DNA from: Octopus sinensis
Taxonomy: Eukaryota
NCBI RefSeq assembly: GCF_006345805.1
Contig: NW_021833065.1
Coordinates: 599,431 to 663,430, forward strand
Reading direction: 5' to 3'
DNA length: 64,000 nucleotides
Shown in pieces: positions 51,190 to 64,000 of the stretch (position 1 is its first letter; the number at the start of each line of letters is the position of its first letter). The notes under the pieces were generated by a model. The model was not told the origin of the DNA, ran no database searches, and saw nothing but the letters and a program-made list of their open reading frames with translations. Position numbers and translations under genes: made by a program.

Positions 51190-52100
51190 AGAACGTCACA
51201 GAATAAGAAAACACGGAATATGAACTTTTTTGCGAACAACGAAAGAAACAAATGGAAAACAAAACAAGCAACATAAAGAACGACCTTGCATCAGTTATCG
51301 GCTGTTTTTCTACTCCGTATTTCGAGCAATTCACAACGAGATACGTATTCGACAAAACAGTTGCTCCTGCAAAACAAATTAAATAAAATTTGGGATTTTG
51401 CGGAGGGTCAAATTTGGTAATAAAAACAGGACAGTGAAAACAAACGGGAAGGGCTGCTAAGCCTAAACGAAGTGAGGTGTGGCGAACGCTGGTGGAACAA
51501 GCTTGGACAGGAGACAGATAAGAATGCGTCTTATCCCTGCGGCTGATCAGAAAGAAAGAAACTCAAGTTAGGAAAAGAAAGAAAGATGGTCGATGGTCAC
51601 GTGCGAGCAGCGAGAGATCAAAGGAAGAAGAGTGAGGGAGAGAGAGGGACAGAGAACGGTGAAGGGGAAAGGAAAAGAATTAGAGAAAGAATGAGAGAGA
51701 AAAACAAAAGGGGAGAAGGGGAGATTAAAAGAATTAGAGAAAGGAAGAGAGAGGAAACGAAAGAATAGAATAGTGTCGCATCAAAATTATTAAGATAAAA
51801 CTTACTTGGAAATGGATGCGTATATATATAAAATTGGAGTGTATAAAGGAAATTTTTTCCAGTGCTAATTAATAAAGTAGGGTTAAAATTAAATATGAAT
51901 GTTGCTTTTGCATTTTAGTCATGCGAGGACGGCATTTGAGCCTGATAGTTAAAGGGGAAGAGAAGAAAGTGTCCTCAGACCAGAGGTCTGGCTCGAAAAT
52001 TTTTAACTGTGCGTGTCGGTTCTACTTTAAAGACACCCAAAGGGCAAACGGTCGTGTTGAATTGAGAAACAGATTAAGTCTACCACTCTCTTAGGCTACT
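51190..52100 (-). mobile_element. Penelope-like element 3' remnant
   Basis: Terminal segment homologous to the 22003-22325 arms; 51930-52070 resembles the end of the PLE remnant at ~9370-9480. Confidence 0.5.
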
Positions 52101-53227
52101 ATGGGATTTGATCTCACAAGGCAAACAATCAGAATAAATAATTCCTGGCATCGTCTCCAACATTTAAAATTTTTATACTAGTCTTTTACCCCTCGACCCC
52201 CTCGACTGGTACTGTCTATATAGATCCTGGAAGGATAAAAATCGAAGTTGAACTTGGTAGGTTTTGAATTCAGAACGCAGTGTGTCGGAATTTAATACTA
52301 TAAGATATTTCATCCAACGCTCTAATGTTGGATGGAGTATCTTACAGAACGAAATGTTTTTAAACTGTGTTGTACTTGGTGTTGCTGCAGCTACTCCTAA
52401 TAAGGCAAGCCCTTATTAAGTGGAGTTATGGTATGTGGGTAGTTAACTATGTGTAATATACAATACCAAAGCTATCGATACGCCATACTTCAAATGAAAA
52501 AGCTTGTACGGAGTCATTGGACTTACTAGAAGCCATTGCCAAAACGCAACCAAACTTTATTCTACCGTTTTATAAATAGCTGACTATACTGTATTGTGCA
52601 GTTCTGTATAACTTAATCCTGCGTATAATACTCCAGTAAAGAAAGCAAGTTGATTACAGATAGAACGCTTTGGATGATGAAATTGACCATTTGGTATGAA
52701 GGGTAAATGTGTAAATATGTAACTGCTGAAGCGGTAACTACTCCGAAGTGTTAACGAAGGAGTTGTAGGTTCGATTCCCTGTCATTGATCAAATTCATTT
52801 AACAATCAATGACTTAATTCACTTAGCTCTGAGAAGTTATTTACTGAAGAGCGGTAAAATCTTTCGCATTTAAAATACAACTGAATATTATAAACCTTTC
52901 GCTTTTAAAATTGTTTACAGTGTCTCTCTAACTGTGACTTCAACCTTAAAAATGGTTTGAAAGTAGCAATAAATATGTTTTCGTTAACAGAAAGAATTAA
53001 ATCTATTTCTGTATGGTTTGAACAAAGTTCTACTGTACATATATAATTATACATTTAATAAATCGATTTATTTCTCGCCCGCCTCCACCATTCTCTCTGT
53101 TCGGGATTATAAGGTCACCTTAATATATAATTCTGTCTTCCAATGCACAATTTCTATTTGATATTCTGAAGTTGCAGTGGGCTATTTTATGAAATAGAAA
53201 CACACACACACATACACACACACACAC

Positions 53228-53287
<60 letters not shown>

Positions 53288-54960
53288 CGCATAATTAATT
53301 CGACACACACATAAATACACACACACACATATATATATATAAACGTACACTGGAATATATAATTTTGTTTAAATGTGCTTACAAATGAAAATCACTTACA
53401 AATGAAAACCACACACATATACACACACACGCACATACCACACAAACACGCACAAAAACCAAAAAACCGCAAAACCCTTGGTTATTGAAACTGACGTTAA
53501 TACACACACTGGAGCAGAGGTTCAAGCTCATACGATACACAAACATATAATCACATGTGTTTACATTTACTCACGCACACTCTTAGATTATAGAAAATGC
53601 CATTATCAAGGAACACATTTTAAACAATATTTGATAAATTCATACGCACGAGGTTCATGCATCTTTAAGAAATTATATATCAATCAATCACTAATATTTA
53701 TTTATCTCACGTAAGTCTGATAACTAGACTCAATTACATGACTGTTCCTAATCAGATGCGTCCATTAATGAATGATTAGTTCTGAGATGGGAAAAACGCC
53801 CCTTTAAATCACACGCCTTGCAAAGATAAGATGATTCTGAGACGACGTGTGCATGATAAACAGTAGGTAAGTGGGCGTCAGCATATTACATGCAAGGAAT
53901 ATTGAAAACCTAAAACAGAATCAAGTACTCTGTAAGAGGAAAACAATATTAATTGTTAATTAAAATTATTTTCCACTTTCCTTTTGGTACGTACAGGAGA
54001 CAACTCTAAATGCGTTTCTGTTTAAATCAACGTCATTAGTCAAATGATTAGAGATCTGCTCGGCAAGTAAGCGAAACTTTCATCGTTCACATAAATCTTT
54101 CATACTTATACCAGTAAGCTGCGCCTACTTCCCCTTAAGATAACTCTGCGACTGGGTGGATTACGAAAGAATTAAATTTATAAACATTATTGATAAAAAT
54201 ACTCTTGAAAAGTTTCAGAGAGAGAGAGAGAGAACTTCCAAGATTTCAGTTGAGCAAAAATTAAATGTAGATATGTAAGGGTAGAGTCAGTCTGATATTT
54301 TGCAGCTAAGGTATAACTCCTAAAATGCTTCGGTATTATGATATCTCTTCAGCAAACAGAGTTAATAAAATGTGTTGCAAGACTGCTAACGACTTGGACA
54401 AGAATTAAAATAAACGAAACGTGTACGGTGTACAGATTGGTTGCTCACATATCTCTAATTTTTGGTCACTAATAATTTTGTAAGTTCTCTCTTATCTCTT
54501 AAAAGTGTAATTATCAATTAATAATGTCAATAAGTTTTTGTTTCATTACGATTAGAATTCCTATAGATTCAAATTTATTTTCGGATCACCACATATGATT
54601 GTCTGTATTTAACTATAGGGTTTTCTTGTTGAAGGCAACTTGGAAGAAAAGGGCGGCGAGGTGGCAGAGTCGTTAGATTCTTTAATTTCTCACTTCAAAC
54701 CCCACTGTGGCGAGTTTTGCCCATCATCTTCCAGGGTAGATAAAACAAAGTACTAGTCAAAAACTGGACTCGTTGTAATCGACTAACCACTCTCTTCAAA
54801 ATGTCAGGCCTTGTTCATAAATTAGAAACAATTTAAATTACCTAATCTGCAATTATTTTTACACTAAATCTATGTAAATTCTGTGCTCAGAGAACCACAT
54901 ATTATCCCTGCTTTGCCGAGGAAATGTAATATGGGATATTTTTACTTTTGTTATTTTAAG

Positions 54961-55026
<66 letters not shown>

Positions 55027-55542
55027 ATATATATCGATCATAACATGCGAATTAGTTTTTGATTCCCTGGACATTCTAAACCTCTTCAAATTTTTATTAC
55101 GAGAGAAGAAAAAACATTTTAACAAAGAAATAACTCAGTTTTTTTTTGGCATCTAGGAATATGCCTGTGACCGTGTGTTCGAGAGTGGGAAACCATGATA
55201 GATGATTCTGCTAACTGAATGGTGGCGGACAATGTTGACCATTAACTCAAGATAACACACAGCAGTCTCAAATTACATAGTAGATACGGAATTGCGCGTC
55301 GAGCTTCCTTAATAACACCAAAGAAGACACTGACTATTAATAGACAGATAGTTCTGGAGGCAGAAAAATGTCTTAACTTATATCTAATCGGTCATTTATT
55401 TTTTTACCTTTTATTCTTTTTTTATTCTCTTTGATTCATCTTGTTTCTTGATCGCTTGATTTATATTTGCGGTTAATTATGTATTTGTTTTTGCTTTATC
55501 TATGATATACAAATGAAATGAAAAGAATATCTTAAACGAAGG

Positions 55543-55587
<45 letters not shown>

Positions 55588-55649
55588 TACACACACACAC
55601 ACATCTTCTTGAAACTACAAGTTTATCTAGCTAATGTATTTTATACATA

Positions 55650-55778
55650 AGACTGAGGAGTCGATATTTTTGCGGCAATAATATAATAATACTGATGCAA
55701 TGTATTGTTACACATATTATATAATAATAATATAGCTATACTCACCTGATAAAATATCGATGAAGCAATTGTAAACTA
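55650..55778 (+). ncRNA. Degenerate hammerhead motif
   Basis: CTGAGGA gtcgatatttt...aaaatatcgat GAAG caatt GTA: 11-bp stem II, but A15.1 has changed to G and stem I is weak. Confidence 0.5.
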
Positions 55779-56228
55779 TGCAATAAAAAGAATTGCTTAT
55801 TCCCTCCTCCTCGTTGATAATTATATATGTGTGTGTGTCTGCGTTTGTATGTGTGTGTGTGTGAGTGTGTGAGTGTGTGTGTGCGTATGTATATATAGGC
55901 GTGGTTTTGTTTTGTTAGGATATCTTCGATCTACTAAAACTGGGAGAACTGGAGTAATTATAGTGACTAGGCTGGTGGGTAGAAAGTGTTACTAATCGTG
56001 CTTGGTGTAGGTTTGTTTGTTTTCTTAAGTTACTACGGTTTTGTTCAATGTATTCAAATAACAGCGAATATATATTAGGTAGTAAAGTCAAAACACACAC
56101 CATCCAATGTGCATTATCCATCCGTTACTAACACTAAGAATCAAACCCTTCTTTTAGGCTTTGCAAGATGCCACAATTCTAAATAAACTAAATTCCAATA
56201 CTAGTTGTATCTATCAATACCATATACT

Positions 56229-56282
<54 letters not shown>

Positions 56283-56646
56283 TCACATTAGCACATAGAC
56301 AACCTGTCCAATTCTCATCTTTGAAAACTGCAACTCCAGTCTTACATTCTAAAGACAATGCATAGACAGCGTACATGAAAATACGCACTCACAACCATAA
56401 ACTTTCCTCCCAAAAGATTCACTCACTTCTGTACTTGACCCCGAGGTCTCCTGCTGTCAGGTTTTGACCTTCCTACCAAATATATATTCCGTTATTCATT
56501 TTATCCATTCAAATTCTATTTTCCCTAATTCCTAATTTCCCATTGTCCAAGTGCACGTACACGAATGCACTCACTCACTCACTCACTCACTCACTCACTC
56601 ACTCACTCACTCACTCACTTACCCACTCGCTTACTCACTCTCTTTA

Positions 56647-56677
<31 letters not shown>

Positions 56678-56888
56678 TACACATACATTCATACGCACAC
56701 TGAACTCGTCCTTATAAGTTTTCAAACCTTTCCTGTTAATAAATCAATTATTGATTTGAGATACATTGCAACACACACACACACACGCACGCACACACAC
56801 ACACGCACACACACACACACACACGCACACATACACACACACAAATAGACACACACATATAGAGACATACATATAGACATACATACAA

Positions 56889-56938
<50 letters not shown>

Positions 56939-57503
56939 ATGGATGCAAACGTACAAACAAGATATTAACAAACCCACAACTGGATACACAATTAAACACT
57001 CAAATTCTCCGTTCCAAACATAAAAGACAAATCAAACAATACCGAAACAAGATAAGACCAAACAAACCAACACCCACACACCCAATTAATAAAATCTTTA
57101 AACTAAACACACCACCCTGATTACTATATAATTACAGCAGTTCTCCAATGTTGCACAAGTTCGAAGATTCCCTACAGAGATCAAATTACGGTTCCCTGTG
57201 AACCGTCCAACTTCTTCGATAAAATTATCGTTCTACAATTAGTGTATACAATTAGCGTGTAGTGAGCTCTCAGTCCGAGAAGCTGTTGTAACAAGAAGAA
57301 CCCACAACGTTATGCGTACACCCACGCACACCCACACCCAAACCCACCCAAACCCACCCACAAACCCACCCACACCCACCCAACCACAAACCCACCCACC
57401 CAAGACCCACCCACCCACCCACAAATAATTTCAGCGTGGAAGGTGTTTATAAACCATTAAAAGACACACAAAAACCGTTAGATTCACTTCAACATTTAAA
57501 TTT

Positions 57504-57559
57504 AATTTGCCAAAATATTTCCGTCGCTTTGAGACCACGATCTGATCACTGACAAAATT
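57504..57559 (-). ncRNA. Degenerate G3-C8 variant hammerhead motif
   Basis: tttgtca GTGATCA gatcgtggtctcaaagcgac GGAA atat TT tggcaaa: stem I tttgtca/tggcaaa, tcg/cga stem II, palindromic aatatt stem III; the GAAA is mutated. Confidence 0.5.
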
Positions 57560-57622
57560 CCGTGCTGCATCTGAGAAAGTAATAGTTAGTTCACGATATA
57601 TATGTACGTATGTATATGTGTG

Positions 57623-57654
<32 letters not shown>

Positions 57655-57848
57655 TGTATGTATGTATGTATGTATGTATGTATGTATGTATGCATGTACG
57701 TATGTATGTATGTACATATATATATGTATGTACATGTATGTGTGTATGCATATGTGTACATGCGTATGCATATGTGAATGCCTATGCGCATGTATGTATG
57801 TATGTATGTATATATATATGTATGTATATATATATGTATGTATGTATG

Positions 57849-57897
<49 letters not shown>

Positions 57898-57961
57898 TAT
57901 TATATATATATATATATATCAGAAATTAAAGAAGGAAAATGCACATAGTTTTAATAGTCCT

Positions 57962-57994
57962 TGTTGACCGGTTTCGCTTTCGCTAATCATGACA
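57962..57994 (-). ncRNA. Minimal A3-U8 variant hammerhead in the PLE 5' inverted pLTR
   Basis: tgtc ATGATTA gc-gaaa-gc GAAA ccg GTC aaca: core intact, palindromic stem III ACCGGT, one stem I mismatch. Confidence 0.7.
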
Positions 57995-58449
57995 TTAAAA
58001 TTTATTTAAATACATATTTTCTTAAGAAAAAAATTTTGTCCATGTTGAGTGTGGAGTTTAAGAATAAATGATTCAACAAGTAGGAAAATCTAAGGGGAGG
58101 TAATTGGCTATCGTTATTATTGTGGACAGAGGAGATAATTGTTCATCTTTCGGTGGGGTGGGGTATATATATAAATACAAAAATTCAAAAACTAGAGTAG
58201 TGGGAAGATATATGTACAGCGATGGGTATGTAATCGTGTCCAAGAGACTTCCTCTTCTCCTCAACGAAGAAACTCAACCTACGGATTCTTACCATATTTA
58301 CCTAGACAGCACAACCAACTCCTCAACATTCCAAACACAATTAAGCACTCCTACAATTTATTCCAACGAAGAAACCCGAACTACGTACTTCCAACCAATT
58401 TACCCAGACAGCAACACCAACCTCTCAGCAATCTCAATACAATAAATAA

Positions 58450-60770
58450 TAACAATAATAATACCGTCTACCAATCAAATTACTGTAAGCATTTTTTAGA
58501 CCGAGTGGAGAGAAACAGAGATATACGTTGGAACAAAACTTACAGGAAAAACCCAAAGTAATAAATTTATCAAAGAAAACTCTCTGCAACAAAAATCAGT
58601 ATACTAGCTAAAGGATTAACGTTTACTCCACCCCACGAAGATCTAACCATAATGGAATTAAAGACAATATTTCGGAATTCTGCAGAAAACTATGACTCAC
58701 AGAAGCACTAATTGACAACAACGAAGATGAGTCACTGGTTAAAAACTGAAGTAATTACTTTCCACATAAAGGTAGGAATAAAACACTAGATGACTTCTGC
58801 GACTGTATCCAAAATTTCCCCTACACATCCAATAAACGAAAATTTATTTCAAACCTCATCAATCTAGGGTGGAAAAATCTAATTGAACTACAAAGCGACA
58901 AAGACCTGACAATTAAAGAGGCAGACAAAAGAAGTGCTGTAGTTCTGATGGACACAATACTATTAAAACCTAGTATTATCTATGCTAGAAAACGATGGCT
59001 TCTATGAAGAAGTTGTAAAATATAGCTAACAAAAAACAGTGAAAACTCTTGCATCCTTAATACTTTTACATGGAAAAGGCCTGACAGAAAAAGAAACCGA
59101 CTACAACACGAACGTCAAATGTAAACCTAGTCTTTCTTACGGCCTACCTAAAATACACAAGTGCAAGATAGTTAATGAAGCCTTCAAACAATCACCAGGT
59201 AAATACATAAATATCCAAGCGCCAGAAGACATAAAGTTAAGGCCCTTTATAGCTGGCCCAGCCTGTGAAACCCATTGCCTAAGCAATTTTCTAGACATCC
59301 TACTGAAACATTAAAAGTTCCATTAGAGACGATTTAGACATGCTAGATCACCTAGCAAAAACAAAGAAGAGGCATTATTGGTTTCCTTCGATGTTATCAA
59401 TCTTTACACCAACATCCCACATGACTATGGAATAAAAGCAATCAAATTCTGGTTGGAAAAGTACCCCCAAAGTACTTCCGGAACGCATAAATCGGGTCTT
59501 TATTATTGAATCTTTAAAATTTATACTTCAGAACAATTAATTCCTATTTGATGACACTTACTATCGTCAAAAATGCGGAATTGCGATGAGAACGAAGGCA
59601 GCCCCTGTTCTTGCGAACCTAATAATGGGTTATTTTGAATTCACCATATATGAAGTATCACTGCAAAAACATGGTTATCTATTTCACCATTACATAAGAG
59701 AAAACTGGAAAAGATACCTGGATGACTGTTTTATTATTTGGAAGGAGACCATTGATAAACTTTTGGAATTTAAATCAACACTAAATCACATAAACTGTAG
59801 CATTCAATTCACAATGGAATATAGCAAACAAGAGCTCCCATTTTCGGATATTATCATAAAAAAGTCAACAACCAAATTATAACTGACATCTATCATAAAC
59901 CAACCGACTCGAAACAATATCTCCTTTTTAACTCATGCCACCCGAAACACATCAAAATAAATATCCCCTTTAATTTGGCAAACAGGATTTGCAAAATAGT
60001 GTCTGATAGAACTACTCGGGACCTTCGTCTTCAAGACCTCAGAACAACACTAACTGAAAGACAATATCCACCCTCACTTATAGACGATGGAATTAAGCGT
60101 GCCAAGAAATTAGACATAAAAACACCAAGGACAACAAAACATAACACCATACCTCATCTCAAAATACTACTGTATATATATCAATTCACAACTCAATGAA
60201 GCATACAACACTATTGTGCAAAATCTCCCTTTACAAACTAGAGGCCCCAAAATGAACAACATCCTAAAAGCACATAAATTCATCAAATTCAAAAAGCAAC
60301 ACAAATCGCTAAAGTGACTTCTAACAAATGCGAGGCTTTACACAACAACCACGAAACCAACGGTTAAAAAATGTGGACGCCTAAACTGTGGAACATATCC
60401 CAACCTACTTGAAGGCTCAGAGTTCCTTTTAAAACAAGGAGAAAGATTCACAATTAAAACCAACTTCACTTGTGCCTCTGAGAACCTAATTTATATAATA
60501 ACCTGATCGGGTTGTGGGCATCACTATATAGGACAGACAAGTATGATATTGAGGCGGAGAACCACTCTACATAAAGAGCAGATCCGGTTCTCGCAATACA
60601 GACAGATTCCTTTAAGTGAACATATAGAGAGATGTACAGGTAACATTAAACCAAATTTCACAGTTTTCTCCTTCTACCGAGCAAAGATACAATTTATTTA
60701 TAAGAACGTTTAAATAAAGAAAATTTATTCACCGTAAAAGACAGAACACGTCTAAATATGCACGCATAAC
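58450..60770 (+). pseudogene. Penelope-like reverse transcriptase + GIY-YIG endonuclease, disrupted
   Basis: Ordered motifs IKEADKRSAVVLMD, YGLPKIHK, LRPFIAGP, LVSFDVINLYTNIPH, GIAMRTKAAPVLANLIMG, WKRYLDDCF, ELPFSDI, TDIYHKPTDSKQYLLFNSCHP, L.ERQYP, NFTCASENLIYIIT*SGCGHHYIGQT; many stops and frameshifts. Confidence 0.95.
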
Positions 60771-60976
60771 CAGCTTTGATCTTTAATACATATTTTAATT
60801 CACGATTACATACCCTTCACTGTACATATGTCCCCACTACTCTAGTTTTTGAATTTTTGTGCCTGTAGTATATATATTATATATAGTAATATATATAGAT
60901 ATAAGATATATATATCTATGTATATATATATATATATATCTGTATGATGTATCATATGTAGCATGTATGTACTGGA

Positions 60977-61007
<31 letters not shown>

Positions 61008-61034
61008 ATGTTGTATGTATGGTAAACGTATGCT

Positions 61035-61175
61035 GCATGCATGTTACCCCAACCACATAGTTCCGGGTTTAGTTTCACTGCGTGGAACTTTGGGCAAGTG
61101 CTATATACCATATCCTCGGGACGACTAAACCCTTGTGAGTGGATTTGGTAGACGCAAGTTGAAAGACCGTCGTGC
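61035..61175 (+). mobile_element. CORE SINE 5' half; inverted near-identical partner at 61998-62140
   Basis: Both copies read ccccaaccacatagttccgggtttagtttcactgcgtggaactttgggcaagt...ccatatcctcgggacgactaaacccttgtgag. Confidence 0.85.
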
Positions 61176-61182
61176 GCGTGCG

Positions 61183-61239
<57 letters not shown>

Positions 61240-61534
61240 AGGTACGTCGCTTAGTGGTTAGGGTATTAGATTCAAGATAGTAAGATTGTGGTTTCGATTT
61301 CTGGACCGGGTGATGCGTTGTGTTCTTGCCCAAAACATTTCATTTCATCTTACTCCAGTCCATATATATATATATCTCCCCACCGAAAGAAGAACAATTA
61401 TCTCCCCTGTCCACAATAATAACGATAACCAATTACCTCCCCTTAGATTGTTGAATCATTCATTCATAAAAGCCATACACAACATGGACAAAAAATCTTT
61501 TTCTTAAGAAAATACATATTTAAATAAATGTTAA

Positions 61535-61567
61535 TGTCATGATTAGCGAAAGCAAAACCGGTCGACA
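61535..61567 (+). ncRNA. Minimal A3-U8 variant hammerhead in the PLE 3' pLTR
   Basis: tgtc ATGATTA gc-gaaa-gc AAAA ccg GTC gaca: perfect 4-bp stem I, but G12 has changed to A. Confidence 0.65.
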
Positions 61568-62225
61568 AACACAATATAATATATATTAAAACTATGTAAA
61601 GTGTGTGCATTTTCCTTCTTTAATTTCTTATATATATATTACAACGCACAATGTGGGGATAATCGAAATTCTTCCCCTTCTGTTACTATTATATATATAT
61701 ATATAATTATATACAGTAAAAGTTTCTCCCCGAGTCGTATAGACACATAAGGCCTATTTCCCGGTTTCCGTGGCGTATATATTCCCCACCTGGACGGGAC
61801 GCCGGTCCGTCGCAGGATTACTCACCTTTTTACCAGCTGAGTGGACTGGAGTAACATGAAATGAAGTGTTTTGCGCAAGAACACAACGCATCACCTGGTC
61901 CAGAAATCGAAGCCACAATCTTACTATCTTAAATCTAATACCCTAACCACTAAGTGATGTACCTACACACACACACACACGCGCGCGCACACACACACAC
62001 GACGGTCTTCTTTCAACTTCCGTCTACCAAATCCACTCACAAGGGTTTAGTCGTCCCGAGGATATGGTATATAGTACTTGCCCAAAGTTCCACGCAGTGA
62101 AACTAAACCCGGAACTATGTGGTTGGGGTGTACATGCATGCATGCGTACATACATACATACATACATACATACATACATACATACATGCATACATACATA
62201 CATACATGCATACATACATACATAC

Positions 62226-62778
62226 ATGGTGGCTGCCCCCTCGTTGTCGAGTATGGCCATTGCACAAAGCTTAATCAATGTTGTTATCGTGCAATGCCTG
62301 TGCAAGAAAATTTTTTTTTAAAGTGAGGAAAGGCTATGCACTGAGTCAACCCCACTCACTAAGCAACAGCAGCCATAATCCGAAAAGAAGAACAAGTCAA
62401 CATCATCGGTAACCACTGAGCCGCAGGTTTTATGTCGGAGATATCCCAGTTACCTGAGTTACTTTCTCCTAGAAGGATGCCTTAACAAAGGCTAGGAGTC
62501 CTTCACTCCCAAAGGTTTAACCGCGCGATCGGGTATTCAGTCGGATTATTTCTATGTCCCTGCGCATAATAAAACCTTAAGACATTTATTGGATGGCCGT
62601 TGACTCTCAAGAGTTCCTCCGCCCTTTGACGGGTTTTGTTTTTCATCCCACAGGGTGTGCAATAAACACCCTCCTCACCAAGCAAGCTTGGTGGGGTTGC
62701 CGGTTTAGTCGCCGACGACCCGACCATGCAACAGGTTGTACTGGGTTACATGTTACCAGTAGCACTCGAAAGTGATCT
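62226..62778 (-). mobile_element. RTE-derived non-autonomous element within (TACA)n
   Basis: GC-rich block flanked by catacata repeats. The minus-strand 3' end atggccatactcgacaacgagggggcagccaccat resembles the stem-loop tail of RTE elements. No RT ORF. Confidence 0.55.
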
Positions 62779-63024
62779 TACATACATACATACATACATG
62801 TGTTAGCTACATCCCAAGCGTGGAGCCTTGTATCTTTGTTGGAAAGATTTATAATAATTAAAAAATAGAAGAGACAAACATAAATGCATGCCTGCATACA
62901 CAGATACACCACAAACATACATACCATACATACATACATACAATATTACATACATACATACATAATACATACATACATACATGCAACATACATACATACA
63001 CATACAATATACACATACATACAT

Positions 63025-63064
<40 letters not shown>

Positions 63065-64000
63065 ATATATATATATATATAAGTTTATGTACGTAGTGTG
63101 TGTGTGTAGTTTTAAACGGAACTCTGGGCCCTTGAGTTACTGATGTGGCTTCCCAGCTGTAAAATTATATGAAGATAATATTTATGTACTATGTTCTATT
63201 TCTCTCGTTTGTATAAACAATCCTATGCATTTATACATACATACTATATACTTATATATGTGTGTGTGTGTGTGTCTGTGTGTGTGTGTATGTATAATTA
63301 TACATGTATATATATACATGTTTAATATATATGTGCGAGTGAGTGCGTATGTGTAAGTTTATATTTGTATTTATACATCCGTACTCACACAAACACACAC
63401 ACACTCTCTCTCCTTCCCCCTCTCTCTCTCTCCCATACATTTGTACACACAACAAATGAGGCAAGTTTGATAGATGTCAGACCACAATTCACGTAGTTCT
63501 CATATTCGATGAGATCTATCTTCCAAACCTTCAACCTCCTCAGTAACTGTCACATCTAGCTGGTATATATATTGAAAGCTAGAAATTATTTTATTCCGAC
63601 TAGAAACAAGACGCATTACACTAGACACGTGATGTGTCGTTGACTGAAGAGGCGGACAACTGCAATGGCATTTAAGATAGATAGTATCGACAGCTTTACA
63701 TATATACATATACATATACATACATATACACATACATACATATATGCATGTATTACATATATATGCATGCACATTATTGATATACATATGTGTGTGTATG
63801 TGTGAGCGTTTGCTTATATATATGTATGTATGTACATATATATCTATAACTCAATCTGTAAATGTATTTCACCTGTTCTCTCTCTCTTTGTTTCTCTCTA
63901 TCTCTTTCTCCATATATAACCACGCATATATTTATGCACGTATACTTACATGCGTACATACATACATATATATAAGTACACACACACAGACGTATACATT

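Larger units (their letters stand above)
57919..61632 (+). mobile_element. Penelope-like retroelement with inverted 5' pLTR copy and 3' pLTR
   Basis: 57919-58238 is the diverged reverse complement of 60800-60860 plus 61370-61632 (the 3' copy is split by microsatellites and SINEs). It encloses the RT/GIY-YIG remnant, and both ends abut (TA)n. Confidence 0.9.

Noticed and set aside
8661-63983. Numerous ORFs rich in HT, CV, YI, MYVC, ER, LS, N or I runs
   Set aside because: They are translations of (CA), (TA), (TACA), (GA) and (TAA) microsatellites.

Overview
Eukaryotic, AT-rich, repeat-saturated genomic DNA, most likely from an octopus/coleoid cephalopod. That call is an inference from the tRNA-derived CORE- and Nin-domain SINE families and the dense (TA)/(CA)/(TACA)/(TAA) microsatellites. 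No intact protein-coding host gene is evident, and most ORF-track entries are microsatellite or repeat artefacts. The main feature is a head-to-tail array of about 13 near-identical ~558-bp units (1-7183, running off the left edge). It folds back into an inverted 1.3-unit copy ending in (TA)n. Every unit carries a type I hammerhead ribozyme (HHR) motif on one strand: stem I UGAG/CUCA, CUGAUGA, stem II, GAAA, palindromic stem III ACGUACGU, GUU cleavage triplet. It therefore looks like a ribozyme-bearing satellite or non-LTR retrozyme concatemer. A plausible class of mobilising partner lies in the same window: a decayed Penelope-like element (RT + GIY-YIG, ~57.9-61.6 kb) with outward-facing inverted pLTRs carrying an A3-U8 variant HHR. 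Several short palindromic Penelope-type termini with C3-G8, G3-C8 and U3-A8 HHR variants sit in microsatellites. The rest is remnants of R4/Dong-like, RTE, L1/Tx1 and CR1/Jockey-like LINEs, a Helitron RepHel fragment, MITEs (Merlin-, pogo-, Tc1-, hAT- and Kolobok-like, several with intact TSDs) and many SINEs. All structures were read by eye, so boundaries of decayed elements are approximate.
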